Of a stretch of 64,000 nt of DNA, positions 10,590 to 22,509 are shown in pieces. Made by a program: the position numbers and the translations under genes. The notes beneath the pieces were generated by a model that saw only the letters and a list, made by a program, of their open reading frames with translations, ran no database searches and had not been told where the DNA came from. The stretch comes from Mobula hypostoma (taxonomy: Eukaryota), in NCBI RefSeq assembly GCF_963921235.1, contig NC_086097.1:70620001-70684000 (forward strand), given 5' to 3'. Numbering within the stretch: the stretch's first letter is position 1; each line of letters opens with the position of its first letter.

Positions 10590-13080
10590 AGGAGCTAACA
10601 CACCCGATCACCGTTACACCACCATGAAGAGTGCTTACTATGCTATCGCACACTGCATTTTGGAACGTCTAATCATCTAGATATGCTTCTACTCCTGGTA
10701 TACAGGCGGAGTCTTGGGACCACAGCACCAGTAATGAGGACAATGAAGGTATGGTCATGTGAGATGGAGAAGCATTTACAGAGCTAATTTGAATCAGTGA
10801 AGTGGAACAAATTCAGGGATTCGTCTTTGGATCGAAATGAATATGCCACAGTTGTCATCGACTTCATCAAGATTTGTGTGGATGAGTGTGTGTCTTTGGG
10901 AATATACCAAACATACCAAAACAAAAGTCCTGGATGAACCAGGAGATTCACCATTGGCTGAGGACTAGATCCATGGCGTTTGAGACCTGCAGGAATACAG
11001 GTAAGAGGTCCAGGTATGATCTATGGAAAGCCATCATGAGAGTGAAAAGAGTGAAGTTAGAGGAACAGTTGGATGCATGAAAGCTGTGACAGGTTTTGCA
11101 TGCTGTTACTTCCTATAAAATGAAATCTGATAGTATAAATGGCAGTAATACTTCACTCCCCAATGAGCTCAGCACCTTTTCACATACTTTGAAAGAAGGA
11201 ATAACACTATGCCTGTGCAAGACTCCCACTGCATCCAGCAACACTCTGATCTCTGTCTCAGAGGTCGGCATTAGAACATCTTTCAAGGCGACGAACCCTC
11301 ACAAAGGAATCAGATCCGACGATATATCTGGCAGGGTACTGAAAGTCTGTGCCAACTGTCAGGCCTGCAACTGCTAGCAGCTCCCAGCTTGAACGTGCAG
11401 CACCTCACAGTCTCCACTCAGTTAATAGGATTCATCTGCTGCTCACTCCAGACTCATCTACTGCAGCCTATTTAACCCCAGTTCTCATCCATAATCCTTG
11501 TTCACTCATCAAACCAGCCAGCCCCAACCAGTTACTCCTAGCTTTCAATTTCCATACCTAAAATTTACCTTGTTGCCTGTTGTGTTTAGCTTCTGTTCTC
11601 TCTTGTTTTATGGCCCCTCGGGGCCTGTTATTTTGCTGTCTATTTGTAAAGTTATCAACTAATGCTAAATTGTCTCTGCTGCTTTGATTTTGGATCAGGT
11701 CTCCTCTGTAACTCCTGATTCCAACCAATTGGCTGGAGTGTTCAAAGATGCTTTCAACCCTTCACTGCCATAGTCAGAAATTGCCACCTACTTCAAAAGG
11801 GTGTCAGTCATACCAGTGCTCAAGAAGAGCAGAGTGAGTTTCCTCAATGAGAATGATCAATCACCCAGTGGTACTCAGACGTACTTTGATGAAGTGCTTT
11901 GAGAGTTGGGTCATGGATAGAATTAACTCCTGCCTGAGAAAGCACCTGGACCCACTGCTATTTGCCTACCGCCACAACAAGTCTACACCAGTCAAAATCT
12001 CACTGGATCTCCGCATGACTTTGGAGCATCTAGAGAACAGCAAGACATACATCAGACTGCAGTTTCTCGATTACAGCTTGGCATCCAATACCATTAGTAC
12101 TAATCAATAACTTCAAAACCTCCTTCTGCAGCTGGGACCTTGACTTCCTGTTTGGGAGACCACAGTCAGTACAGATTGGTGATAACATCTTAACCTTACT
12201 GATAGTCAACACACATGCACTTCAAGGATGCGTGCTTAGCCCACTGCTCTACTCTCTCTATGTTCACTCTCTATGCTCATAACTGTGTGGCTAGGCAGAA
12301 CTCAAGCACCATCTATAAATTTGCTGCCGACACCACTATTGTTGGCAGAATTTCAGATTGCAACAAGGAGGCATACAGGAGTGAGATCGATCAGCTGGTT
12401 GAGTGGTGTTGCAACAAGAACCTCACACTCAATCTCCGCAAGACCAAGGAATTGATTGTGGACTTCAGGGAGGGGAAGTCAGGAGAACACACACCAATAC
12501 TCATTGAGGGGTACGCAGTGGAAAGGCTTCAAGTTCCTGGGTATCAACATCAGTCATGAGCCCAACACATTGATGCAATCACAAAGAAGGAGAGTCAACA
12601 ATTATAATTCATTACGAGTTTGAGGAGATTTGCTATATAACAAAGACTCTAGCACATTTCTACAGATATAGGGTGAAGAGCACTGTGACTGGTTTCATTA
12701 CTGCCTGTTAAGGAGGCTTCAATGTGTGGGATTGAATGAGGTTGTCAGAGCTTGTAGACTCACCTAACACCATCTCATGCGTAACCCTCCTTGTAAAGTG
12801 CCTCATGGATGCGGCATCTATCATTAAGGGCTCCCGCCATCTGGAAGATGTTCTCTTGTTACTACCATCAGGGAGGAGGTCCAGAAGCCTGAAAATCCAC
12901 ACTCAATATTTTAGAAACAGCTTCTTCTCCTCTACTATCAGATTTCTGAAGAGTCTGTGGATCCATGAACACTGCTTCACTATTTCTCTTTGGCACTTTT
13001 TATTTATTTTAATTTGTGATAATTTTTATGTCTTGCAAAAAATTTCACGTCAGTGATAATAAATTTGATTCTGATTCTGA
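10590..13080 (+). mobile_element. Rex1/Babar-type LINE, degenerate, interrupted by a solo LTR
   Basis: KSWMNQE, MKCFESWV, LDPLLFAYR, FLDYSLASNTI, YKFAADTTIVG, LNLRKTKELIVDFR, LPSGRRSR; (ttctga)n tail at about 13067-13080. Confidence 0.88.
11357..11720 (+). mobile_element. Solo LTR (Gypsy-like) inserted in the Rex1 LINE
   Basis: Starts tgtcagg and ends cctgatt (decayed cctgaca); 5-bp TSD ccaac at 11352-11356 and 11721-11725; TATA-like tatttaa near 11469; removing it restores the Rex motif tgtgccaaccaattggctggagtgttc. Confidence 0.7.
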
Positions 13081-13292
13081 AATGTGAAAACAGACAATGC
13101 TCAACATACTCAGCAGGTCAGGCAGCATCTGAGAAGAGAAAAGCAGAGTTACAATCAGGAATTACGATCTTTCATTCAAATTGAAAAAGTTAGAAGTCAA
13201 ACAGTTTAAATTGTAGAGAAGAAGGAGGGGTGGGAATGGAGGGAATGTTGGTTTCTGGGTGGAGATCGAGGGAGACTGACTGATAATATCAT

Positions 13293-13457
13293 AAACACAG
13301 ATTCTGCAGATGCTGGAAATCTTGAGCAACACACACAAAATGCTGGAGGAACTCAACAAGTCTTCATCAGGTCTCAGCCCAAATCGTCAATTGTTTATTC
13401 CCCTCCATAGATTCCGCCTGACTTGTTGATTTCCTCCAGCATTTTGTGTGTGTTGCA
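13293..13457. mobile_element. Penelope-derived mini-element (inverted pLTR pieces), older copy
   Basis: gcaacacacacaaaatgctggagga ... tcctccagcattttgtgtgtgttgc inverted arms; decayed ribozyme-like core in between. Confidence 0.75.
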
Positions 13458-13719
13458 GACGAACACATGCGGTGATGGGGCTATTGAGTGGTGAAGACTT
13501 GCTCCTCTCTCTGCTGGTGCCTTAAATAAAAGACAATGAATAAAGACAGAGGAACGAGAGGAACAACACTTAATCAGTAAGATTCAGAACTCGCAGTTGC
13601 TGGAAATTACAGGTGGATTTCCTCAGGTCAGCGTTCAGGCTCAATTATCATTAGAGACTTCAGCAATGGCCTTCCTTCCATCAATGAGTTAGAGGTGGGC
13701 ATGTACAAAGCCTTCCACT

Positions 13720-13990
13720 ATCAAAGGTTCATTTACCATCAAAGTATACAGCGTGGAAATTTTTTTCTCCAGATAGACATAAAACCAAGAAAGAAAAGAA
13801 CGAGCAGCATGATCATAAACCCCCAAATCCCTCCTCCGCGCACAAAAATATGAACAAAAACGGAACAAGCACATCGACCCCCAAATCTGCCCCCCCACCC
13901 AAAAAAAACAAGAATGATCGGGCGATAAACACAAAATATATTTTAAAAAACCATAAAGTTAAAAAAAGGTTCACAGTCCAAGTCTATATT
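13720..13990 (-). mobile_element. 3' fragment of a non-coding retroposon related to 2518-3345
   Basis: The minus strand has a similar GT-rich body and ends ...gtatactttgatggtaaatgaacctttga. Confidence 0.45.
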
Positions 13991-14214
13991 AACTTCCCAG
14001 TGAACAAAGACTGAAGTGTATCTCCCTCATGGTGGCGACAAGCACAGGTAGAGGCTGAGTATCTTGTGGAAAGTTACTCATCTCCTGATGGCCCAAAGCC
14101 TTTCTTTTATCTAAAAGACACAAAGAACTATGATGGAATACTCTCTATTGCTTGGCAAAGTTCAGAGCCATTAGGTGAGTCAGGAAGTTAGATGCTGTTA
14201 AAGGACAGGACCTC

Positions 14215-17200
14215 TAGGGTTCTGATCTCAGGATTGCTACCTGTGCCATGTGCTAGTGAGGCCAGAAATAGGAATTTCATACTGTTTAACACATGGCTAA
14301 GCGGGGAGGGCTTCAGAGCTTTGGATCATTAAGCTCTCTTTCAGGGAAGGAGGGACTTGTACAGAAGGGGCAGTTTGCTCCTGATCTGGAGAGGGACTAA
14401 TATCCTAGCGGGAAGGCTTGCTAGTACTGCTCGGGGTTGGGGGGAGGTTCTAAACTAGAATTTCAGGGGTATGGGAACCAGAGCATCAGAGCAGTTAGTG
14501 GACAGTTTGTGGAGAAAGATATTGTTAAGCCCACATACAAAGTCAGGAATCAACAGTTCGAGCATGGTGGGACTCGTGTTCTGAGCAGTGTATATTTCAA
14601 AGAAAGTAAGGAGTATTGTAGGAAAGATGGCTGAGCTCAGGGCATGAATCAGCATGTGAAATTACAACATTGTGAGAATTGATTGCAGGAGGGGCAGGAC
14701 TGGCTGTTCAATGTTCTGGGGTCCCATTGTTTCAAATGTCATAGAGAGGGAGGGATTAAAGGGGGAGGGGTGGCATTACTGGTCAGAGAAAATGTCACCA
14801 CAGTGCTCAGTCAGGACAGACAGGAGAGCTTTATGGGTAGAACTGAGGAACCAGAAAGGCATAACCACATTAATGGGATTATATTATAGGCCACACAACA
14901 ATCTGAGGGATTTAGAGGAACAGACTTGTAGAAAGATCACAGACTGCTGCAAGATACATAGAGTAGTGATAGTACGTGATTTTAAACTTCTGTATACTGA
15001 CTGAGACTCCCATACTGTAAAAGGGCTGGATGGGAAAAAGTTTGTCAAATGTGTTGAGGGAAGTTTCCTTAAACAGTACTTGGAAGTCACAACAAGAGAG
15101 AATGTGCGATACTTGAACTGCTATTAGCAAATAACACAGGACAGGTGACTAAAATTTGTGTCGGGGAACACTTGGGAATCTAGCAATTATAATGCCATTA
15201 GTTTCAAGGTATTTGTAGAAAAGAATGGGTCTGGTCCTTGGGTTGCAATTCCATATTGGCAATGGTATCAAAAAGGATTTGGCAAGTGTGGATTGGGATC
15301 GGTGATTTCTGGCAAAGGTGCATGTAGTAAGTGGGAGGCCTTCAAAAGTGAAATTTTGAGAGGAAAGAGTTCGTATGTTTCTGTCAGAATAAAAGGCAAG
15401 GATAACAGGTTTAGGGAACCTTTGTTTTTGAGAGTTATTAAAGCCCTAATTAAGATAAGGAAGGAGTTGCATAGCAGGTATAAGCAGGTAGGAATAAATT
15501 AGGTACTTGACGAGTACAAGAAATTCAGAAGAATACATAAGGAGGGAATCACGAGGGCTAAAAGAAGACATGAGGTTGCTCTCGCAGACAAGGTGAAGGA
15601 GAATCCTAAGGGCTTCTACAGATATATTAAGAACAAGAGGATAGCAAGGAACAAAATTAGTCCTCTGGACGATCAGAGTGTTAATCTATGCATGTATCTG
15701 AAAGAGATGGGAAAGATCTTAAATGGATTTTTTGCATCTACGTTGACTCAGAAGACAGGCACAGAGTCCACAGTTGTGAGGCAAAGCAACAGTGAGCTCA
15801 TGGACCCTATATAGATTGCAGAGGAGGAGCTGTTTGCTGTCTTGAGACAAATTAGGGTGGATAAAGTTGTTCCCTCGGACCCTGTAGGAGGCTAGTGCAG
15901 AAATCGCAGGGGTCCTAGCAAAGATATTTAAATTATTCTTAGCTATGGGCCAGGTGCCACATGATTGGAGGACAGCTAATGTTATTCTGTGGCTTAAGAA
16001 AATGATAAGTGAGGAAATCATACCAGTGAGACTGACATCAATAGTGGGAAAGTTATTGTAAGGTATTACAATGGACCAGATGGATAAGTATTTGGATAGC
16101 CAGGGAATGATTAGGGGTAGTAAGCATGACTTTGTGCATGGTGGGTCATGACTGACCAATCTCATAGACTATTTCGAGGAAGTTACCAGGAAAGTTGATG
16201 AAGGCAAGGCAGTGGACGGTGTCTACATGGAGTTTGGCAAGGACTTTGACAGTGTTCCACATGGGAGGTTGGTCAAGAAGGTTCATCTGCTAGATGAGAT
16301 AGAAGACGGTGAGGTAGTAAATTAGATTAGGCATTGGCTTCAGGGGGGAAGCCCGAAAGTAGTAGTAGATGGAGGCTGGTGACTGGTAGTGTTTAGCAGG
16401 TATTGGCACTCGGTACGTCATTGATTTTCACCTATATCAATGATCTTGATGATAATATGGTAAACTAGATCACCAAATTTGTAGATGACTCCAAGATTGG
16501 GAGTGTAGTGGACAGCGAGGAAGACCATCAAAACTTGCAGTGGGATCTAGACCAGCTGAAAAATGGACTGAAAAATGACAGATGGAATGTAATGCAGACA
16601 AGTTGAGGTGTTGCACCTCAACTTTTGGCACATTGGCCTTCATAAGCCAAAGTATTGAGTACAGGAGATGGGATGTAATGTTGAAATTGTACAAGACATT
16701 AGGTGAGGCCAAATTTAGAGGATTGTGTGCAGTTTTAGTCACCTACCTACAGGAAAGATGTAAATAAAATTGAAAAAGTGCAGAGAAAATTTACAAGGAT
16801 GTTGCCGGGACTTGAGGACCTGAGTAATAACTAGATGCTTAAGACTTTATTCCTTCATACATGGAATATTAAGGAGAGATTTTATAGAGGTATACAAAAT
16901 TATGAAGGGTATAGATAGGGTAAACTCAAGCAGGCTTTTTCCACTGAAGTTGGATGAGACTACAACTAGACGTCATGGGTTAATGGTGAAAGGTGGAATG
17001 TTTAAGGGGAACATGAGGCAGGACTTCTTCACTCAGAGGGTGGTGAGAGTGTGGAACATGCTGCCAGTGCAAATGGTGGATGCGGGGCTGAATAGAGAAA
17101 TTTGGATAGGTACATGGATGGGAGAGGTATGGAGGGCTATGTTCTGAGTGCATGTTGATGGGACTAGGTAGATTAATGGCTCAGCAGGGACTAGATGGGC

Positions 17201-17245
17201 TGAAAGGTCTGTTTCTGTGCTGTTGTGTTCTACGACTCTATGACT
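14215..17245 (+). mobile_element. CR1 LINE, degenerate (ORF1 esterase remnant, APE endonuclease and RT)
   Basis: GGGVALLVRE, MGLYYRP, KENPKGFYRYIKNK, FGTLAFISQSIEY, FFTQRVVRVWNMLP; tail ...tctacgactctatgact. Confidence 0.9.
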
Positions 17246-18044
17246 AATTTGGAATAGGGAATAAATATGGCTTCACCAGCTGTGTTACCATTGCACAAAG
17301 AACAAATAAAATAAAAGAGCAAGTCCTTTTATGAACCTGAGTGGTATTTCATTGCCAAGTAGTTCAGAGAGCAATGTCGGCAGCCACTTCACCTCTCATG
17401 GTCTCTAAAAAAAAGCAGCTGATTAGACTTAGAGGTGAAAACGTCCAGGCTTTCACCAAGAAATACAATGGCAAGAAACATTAGGCACCCAAACACTACA
17501 GATCTTTGTTAAAATAATGAAGTTTGTGTAAACAATATTCTTGCCAAAGCTTCATAATAGCTACCTCATAAACCTGAAATTTTCCAAGAGAATTTTAACT
17601 GTGCCAAAGAGTGGACTCAATGTGTTGATGTTCAACTGAATGCCAGCTATCAACAGGGAAGTATATGAAAGCTTGCACCAGCAACCGTTAACCCTGAGAC
17701 TTCCGGCACATTTCTGTGTAGATATGTTGAGCAGTGTGCTTTGGCATAAAATACCAAGGGAGTTTCAGGGATTGCCAATCCATAATTATTTGTGAACACA
17801 GGCTACAGGTCAGGTAGTCACATATGGCGTGATTTACTTTTTAAAAAGCAGATTAAGTTCTTTAGTCTATCTGAGGTGGAAGTATCATATAGCCTAATTT
17901 TAAAAAGCCATATTTATGACCCATGGTGGATTTTTCTTCTTTATTCTCTTCAGTCTACATTAGCATTACATATCGTGTTAGAATAGTCAATCAATGTAGA
18001 ATGGCATTTTGTCCATGTTGTGAACAATAGATTAAATAAAAACA

Positions 18045-18259
18045 AAAACAACAGGAATTCTGCAGATGCTGGAAATTCAAGCAACACACATCAAAGTTGC
18101 TGGTGAACGCAGCAGGCCAGGCAGCATCTGTAGGAAGAGGTGCAGTCGACGTTTCAGGCCGAGACCCTTCGTCAGGACTTCATTAGTCCTCTTCCTACAC
18201 CTCTTCCTACAGATGCTGCCTGGCCTGCTGCGTTCACCAGCAACTTTGATGTGTGTTGC
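18045..18259. mobile_element. Young Penelope-derived mini-element with perfect inverted arms and 13-bp TSD
   Basis: TSD ttaaataaaaaca at 18032-18044 and 18260-18272; arms 18081-18140 and 18200-18259 are exact reverse complements. Confidence 0.88.
18144..18179 (-). ncRNA. Minimal hammerhead ribozyme motif (Penelope-associated type)
   Basis: Minus strand: AGUC-CUGACGA-AGG(GUCUCGG)CCU-GAAAC-GUC^GACU. Conserved CUGANGA and GAAA cores, stem II AGG/CCU, stem I AGUC/GACU, palindromic ACGU stem III, GUC cleavage triplet. Confidence 0.7.
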
Positions 18260-18682
18260 TTAAATAAAAACATCTAGTTTTTGGAGTTTGTGCCACTTCT
18301 AATAAGCACTGAGTAACTGTGGATGCTCCGCAGAGTTTTGGTCCACGGACTGCCAAATTTTACAGTCACTGCTGACGTGAAGAAAGTGTGAATCACACCC
18401 GAGGAAAGTAAACTCCTTCTGTATTGTGAAGACAAAAGTTGGCATTACAGCCAGATCTCTTCTCCCTCCCATTCCCTTTGGAGGTGTGATTGAAAACTTA
18501 CTCTGGAGTGCAGAACTCTGACCTTTATCTCAAAAAAGTGGGACATTAATAACCTTAAAATGACAATGTGACAATAACGTCAATAAGGATACTTTGTTAG
18601 AACTTGTAAGACATTTTGTAATTTATTGTTGTCTGATTTGGAAGTTCTAGAATTGTTTTACCTGTTGGCAGTTACTACTATC

Positions 18683-19440
18683 AATTTGAATTTAATTGAC
18701 TTTATTTCTTACATCCTTCCCATACATGAGGAGTAAAAAATTTTATGTTACGTCTTCATCTAAATGTGCCATGTGCAATCATAGTAATTTGTAATAAATA
18801 GAACAGTCAATGTAATATAGGGTACACTCAAATCAGCGTGAGTTCATCAGTCTGATGGCCTGGTGGAAGAAGCTGTCCCGGAACCTGTTGGTCCTGGCTT
18901 TTATGCTGCTGTACCACTTCACAGTTGGTAGCAGCTGGAATAGATTATGGTTGGGATGACTCGGGTCCCCAGTGATCCTATGGGCCCTTTTTACACACCT
19001 GTCCTTGTAAATGTCCTGAATCATGGGAAGTTCACAACTACAGAAGCCATGGGCTGCCCGCACCACTCTCTGCAGAGTCCTGTGATTAAGGGAGGTACAG
19101 TTCCCATACCAGTCAGTGATGCAGCCAGTCAGGATGCTCTCAATTGTGCCCTGTAGAAAGTTCTTAGGATTTGGGGGTCCATACCAAACTTCTTCAACCG
19201 TGTAAGGTGAAAGAGGCGCTGTTGTGGCTTTTTCACCACACAGCTGGTGTGTACAGACCACGTGAGGTCCTCGGTGATGTGGATGCTGAGGAATTTGAAG
19301 CTGTTTACCCTCTCAACCCCAGATCCATTGATGTCAGTAGGGGTTGGCCCATCTCCATTCCTCCTGTAGTCCACAACCAGCGCCTTTGTTTTTGTGACAT
19401 TGAGGGAGAGGTTGTTTTCTTGACACCACTGTGTCAGAGA
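18683..19440 (-). mobile_element. Rex1/Babar-type LINE 3' fragment (same subfamily as 951-2134)
   Basis: ORFs 19129-19374 and 18833-19261 (FKFLSIHITEDLTW, SFFHQAIRLMN); near-identical to 951-1700. Confidence 0.9.
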
Positions 19441-19559
19441 GGAAACAAAGTGAGATAATTCTTACAAAGCTTTGCGAAGTTTCATAGTTTAAACATCAAA
19501 TGTAGGTCATCGGATTTTCTCAGTCTCCTCCTATTCCAGGGCGCCTTGAAGACAACGAC

Positions 19560-22509
19560 CTTGTGCAGCGCAGCTGGATGGATACAGTTAAATATTCTGG
19601 TTTCAGCCTGATACAGCTGAGAATCACAACTGCTTCAAAGGTCTTAATGTGATTGAGTAATCTATCACTGCTTAAAACCGATGGAAACAATGCCGATTAT
19701 GGCTGTACGTCTCACTGGAAGAAACAGCCTTGCAGGAAACGTGGCAGCCAGTCAGGGATATAGGTGTGTTTAAGAAGACAGCGTATTCGACTCCCAATAC
19801 CTGTTATCTTGCTGGCAAATGGTAAATAAAATTGAAGATCTCAGAGCTACTGTGCTGTATTAGAGGGACGTTAGGACCACTTGCGTCCTTTGTTTCACAG
19901 AATCCTGGTTAACCCCTTCTATACCTGGCACAACAATTCAGATCGATAGGTTCACTATACACCATCAGGATAGGACTGTTGGGTCTCTCAGAAGCAGAGG
20001 TGGAGGTGTATGCCTCATGATCAGCTCCACTTGGTGCACTAGTGTATCAATGTTGTCCCAATTCTACTCACCAAACTTGGAATATTTCACAGTTAAGTGC
20101 ATTCCATTTTACCCACCAAGGGAGATTTCTGTGATTATTTTGGCAGTGGTGTACATTCCACCTCAGGCCAGTGTCACACAGGCTCTAGAGGATCTGAGCA
20201 ACCGGATCAACATGCACAAAACAGCACACCCTGACGCTTTCACCATCATTTTGGGGGATTTTAACCCGGCCAGCTTGAAAAAAGTTTCTAAATAATTATC
20301 ATCAACAAATCACTTGTAGTACCAGAGGAAACAACACACTGGACCACTGTTACACCACCTTCAAGAATGCCTACTGTGCTATTCCAAGCCTTCACTTCGG
20401 AAAGTCTGATCACCTGGCTGTAGTTCTACTCCCTGGGTATAGGCAGAAACTGAAAACTACAGCACCAGGAGTGAGGACCAAGAAGGTATGGACATTGGGA
20501 AGCACAGGGGTGCTTACATGACTGTTTTGAATTGGACTGGACTGTATGCAAAGATTCATCTTCGAATCTCAAGTTGTTACCAACTTCATTACAACCTGTA
20601 TGGTTGAGTGTATGCCCACAAAAACTTACTGTAATTTTCCCAAACCGAAAGCTGCGGATGAACCAGGAGGTATGCCTTCAGCTGAAGGTTAGATCTGTGG
20701 CATTTAAGTCTGGTGACCTAGGTCTGTACCAGAAAACCAGGTATGATTTGCGGAGGGCTATTTCAAGAGCGAAGAGAAAATTCCAAGCGAGATTGGAGGC
20801 GACATTGGATGCTCGTCAACTCTGGCAGGGTTTGCAGGACATTACTTCCTACAAAGTGAAACCCAATAGCATAACTGGCAGCAATGCTTCACTACCAGAC
20901 AAACCCAGTGCCTTCCATGCCTGCTTTGAAAGGGAGAATATAACTACAGCTGTGGAGATCCCTGCTGCACCCGGTGACCCTATGATCTCTGTCTCAGTGG
21001 CCGCTGGCAGGCTTTAAGGAGGGTGAACTCTTGCAAGGTGGTAAGGCTCTGAAAACTTGTGCCAACCAACTGGTTGGAGTATTCAAGAACATTTTCAACC
21101 TCTCACTGCTATGGTTGGAAGCTTGCTTCAAAAAGGCAACAATTATACCGGTGCCTAAATGACTATTGCCTGGTCGCACTCAGAGCTATGGTGATGAAAG
21201 GCTTTGAGAGGTTGGTCATGACTAGACTGGACTCCTGCCTCAGCAAGGACCTGGACCCACTGCAATTTGCCTATTGCTACAATAGGTCAACGGCAGACAA
21301 AATCTCAATGGCTCTCCACATGGCCTTGCATCACCTGGACAATACAATCAGCTATGTCAGGATGCTGTTCATTGACTGTAGTTCAGTGCTTAACATCATT
21401 ATTAACATCTGGGCCTCTGTATCTCTCTCTGCAATTGGTTCCTCAATTTCCTAACTGGAAAACCATAATCTGATAATTGGTGATAACATCGCCTCCTCAC
21501 TGACGATCAATTCTGGGGCACCTCAGTCGTGTGTGCTTAGCCCACTGCTCTACTCTGTTATACCAGACTGTGTGGCTAGGTATATCTGATGATACAACCA
21601 TTGTTGGTAGAATCCCAGATGGAGATGAGAGGGCATACAGGATTGGGATATACCGGCTCGTTTAGTGGTGGTGCAGCAATAACCTTGTGCTCAATGTCGA
21701 TAAGACGAAAGAGCTGATTGTGGACTTCAGGAAGGGTAAGACGAGAGAAGCTGAACCAATCCTCATAGAGAGTTCAGAAGTGGGGAGAGAGAGCAATTTC
21801 ATGTTTCTGGGCGTCGAGATCTCTGAGGATCTAACCTGGTCCCAACATATCGATGCAGCTATGAAGAAGGCAAGACAGTGGCTATATTTCATTTGGAGTT
21901 TGAGGAAATTTGGTTTGTCACATAAAACACTTGAAAACTTCTATGGATGTACTGTGGAGAACATTCTGACAGGCTGCATCACTCTGTGGTATGGTGAGGG
22001 TGGGACGGCTGCGGGGAGCTACTGCACATGACTGAAAGAAGCTACAGAAAGTTGTAAAATTAGTCAGGTCCAAGTTGGGTACTTGCCTCCATAGTATGCA
22101 TGATATCTTCATGAAGCAGTGCCACAGAAAGGTGACGTCTGTCATTAAGGAATCCCATCACCCAGGACATGCCCTCTTCTCATTGTTACATTCAGCAAGG
22201 AGTACAGAAGCCAGAAGGCACACACTCAGTGATTCAGGAACAGCTTCTTTGTCTCTGTCTGCTATCTAATTTCTAAATGGACATTGAACCCTGAACTGGT
22301 GCTCCTCATTTTTTCTTAATATATATTACTTTGGTTTTGCACTCTTTTTAATCTATTTAATATACTTGTATATGCTTAATGTTATTTATTTGTTTGTTTA
22401 TTTATTTATTTTTCTTTCTTTCTTTTTATATTATCACGTCATGTATTGAACTGCTGCTGCTAAGTTAACAAATTCCATGGCACATAATAAACCTGATTCT
22501 GACTCTGAT
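19560..22509 (+). mobile_element. Rex1/Babar-type LINE, near full length but degenerate (APE and RT)
   Basis: APE motifs ILLAN, RGGGV, VVYIPPQA, ILGDFN; RT motifs [30 protein letters not shown]; (ctgatt)n-like tail at about 22493-22509. 5' boundary approximate. Confidence 0.88.

Noticed and set aside
17560..17670. Candidate exon LPHKPEIFQENFNCAKEWTQCVDVQLNASYQQG
   Set aside because: Weak splice sites and no recognisable homology; cannot be supported from sequence alone.
18045..18259. CRISPR-like or classic MITE interpretation of the recurring gatgctgg..ccagcatc repeats
   Set aside because: Copies are dispersed with no spacer array, the inverted arms are asymmetric and variable, and the repeat is joined to a Penelope ORF at 44645.
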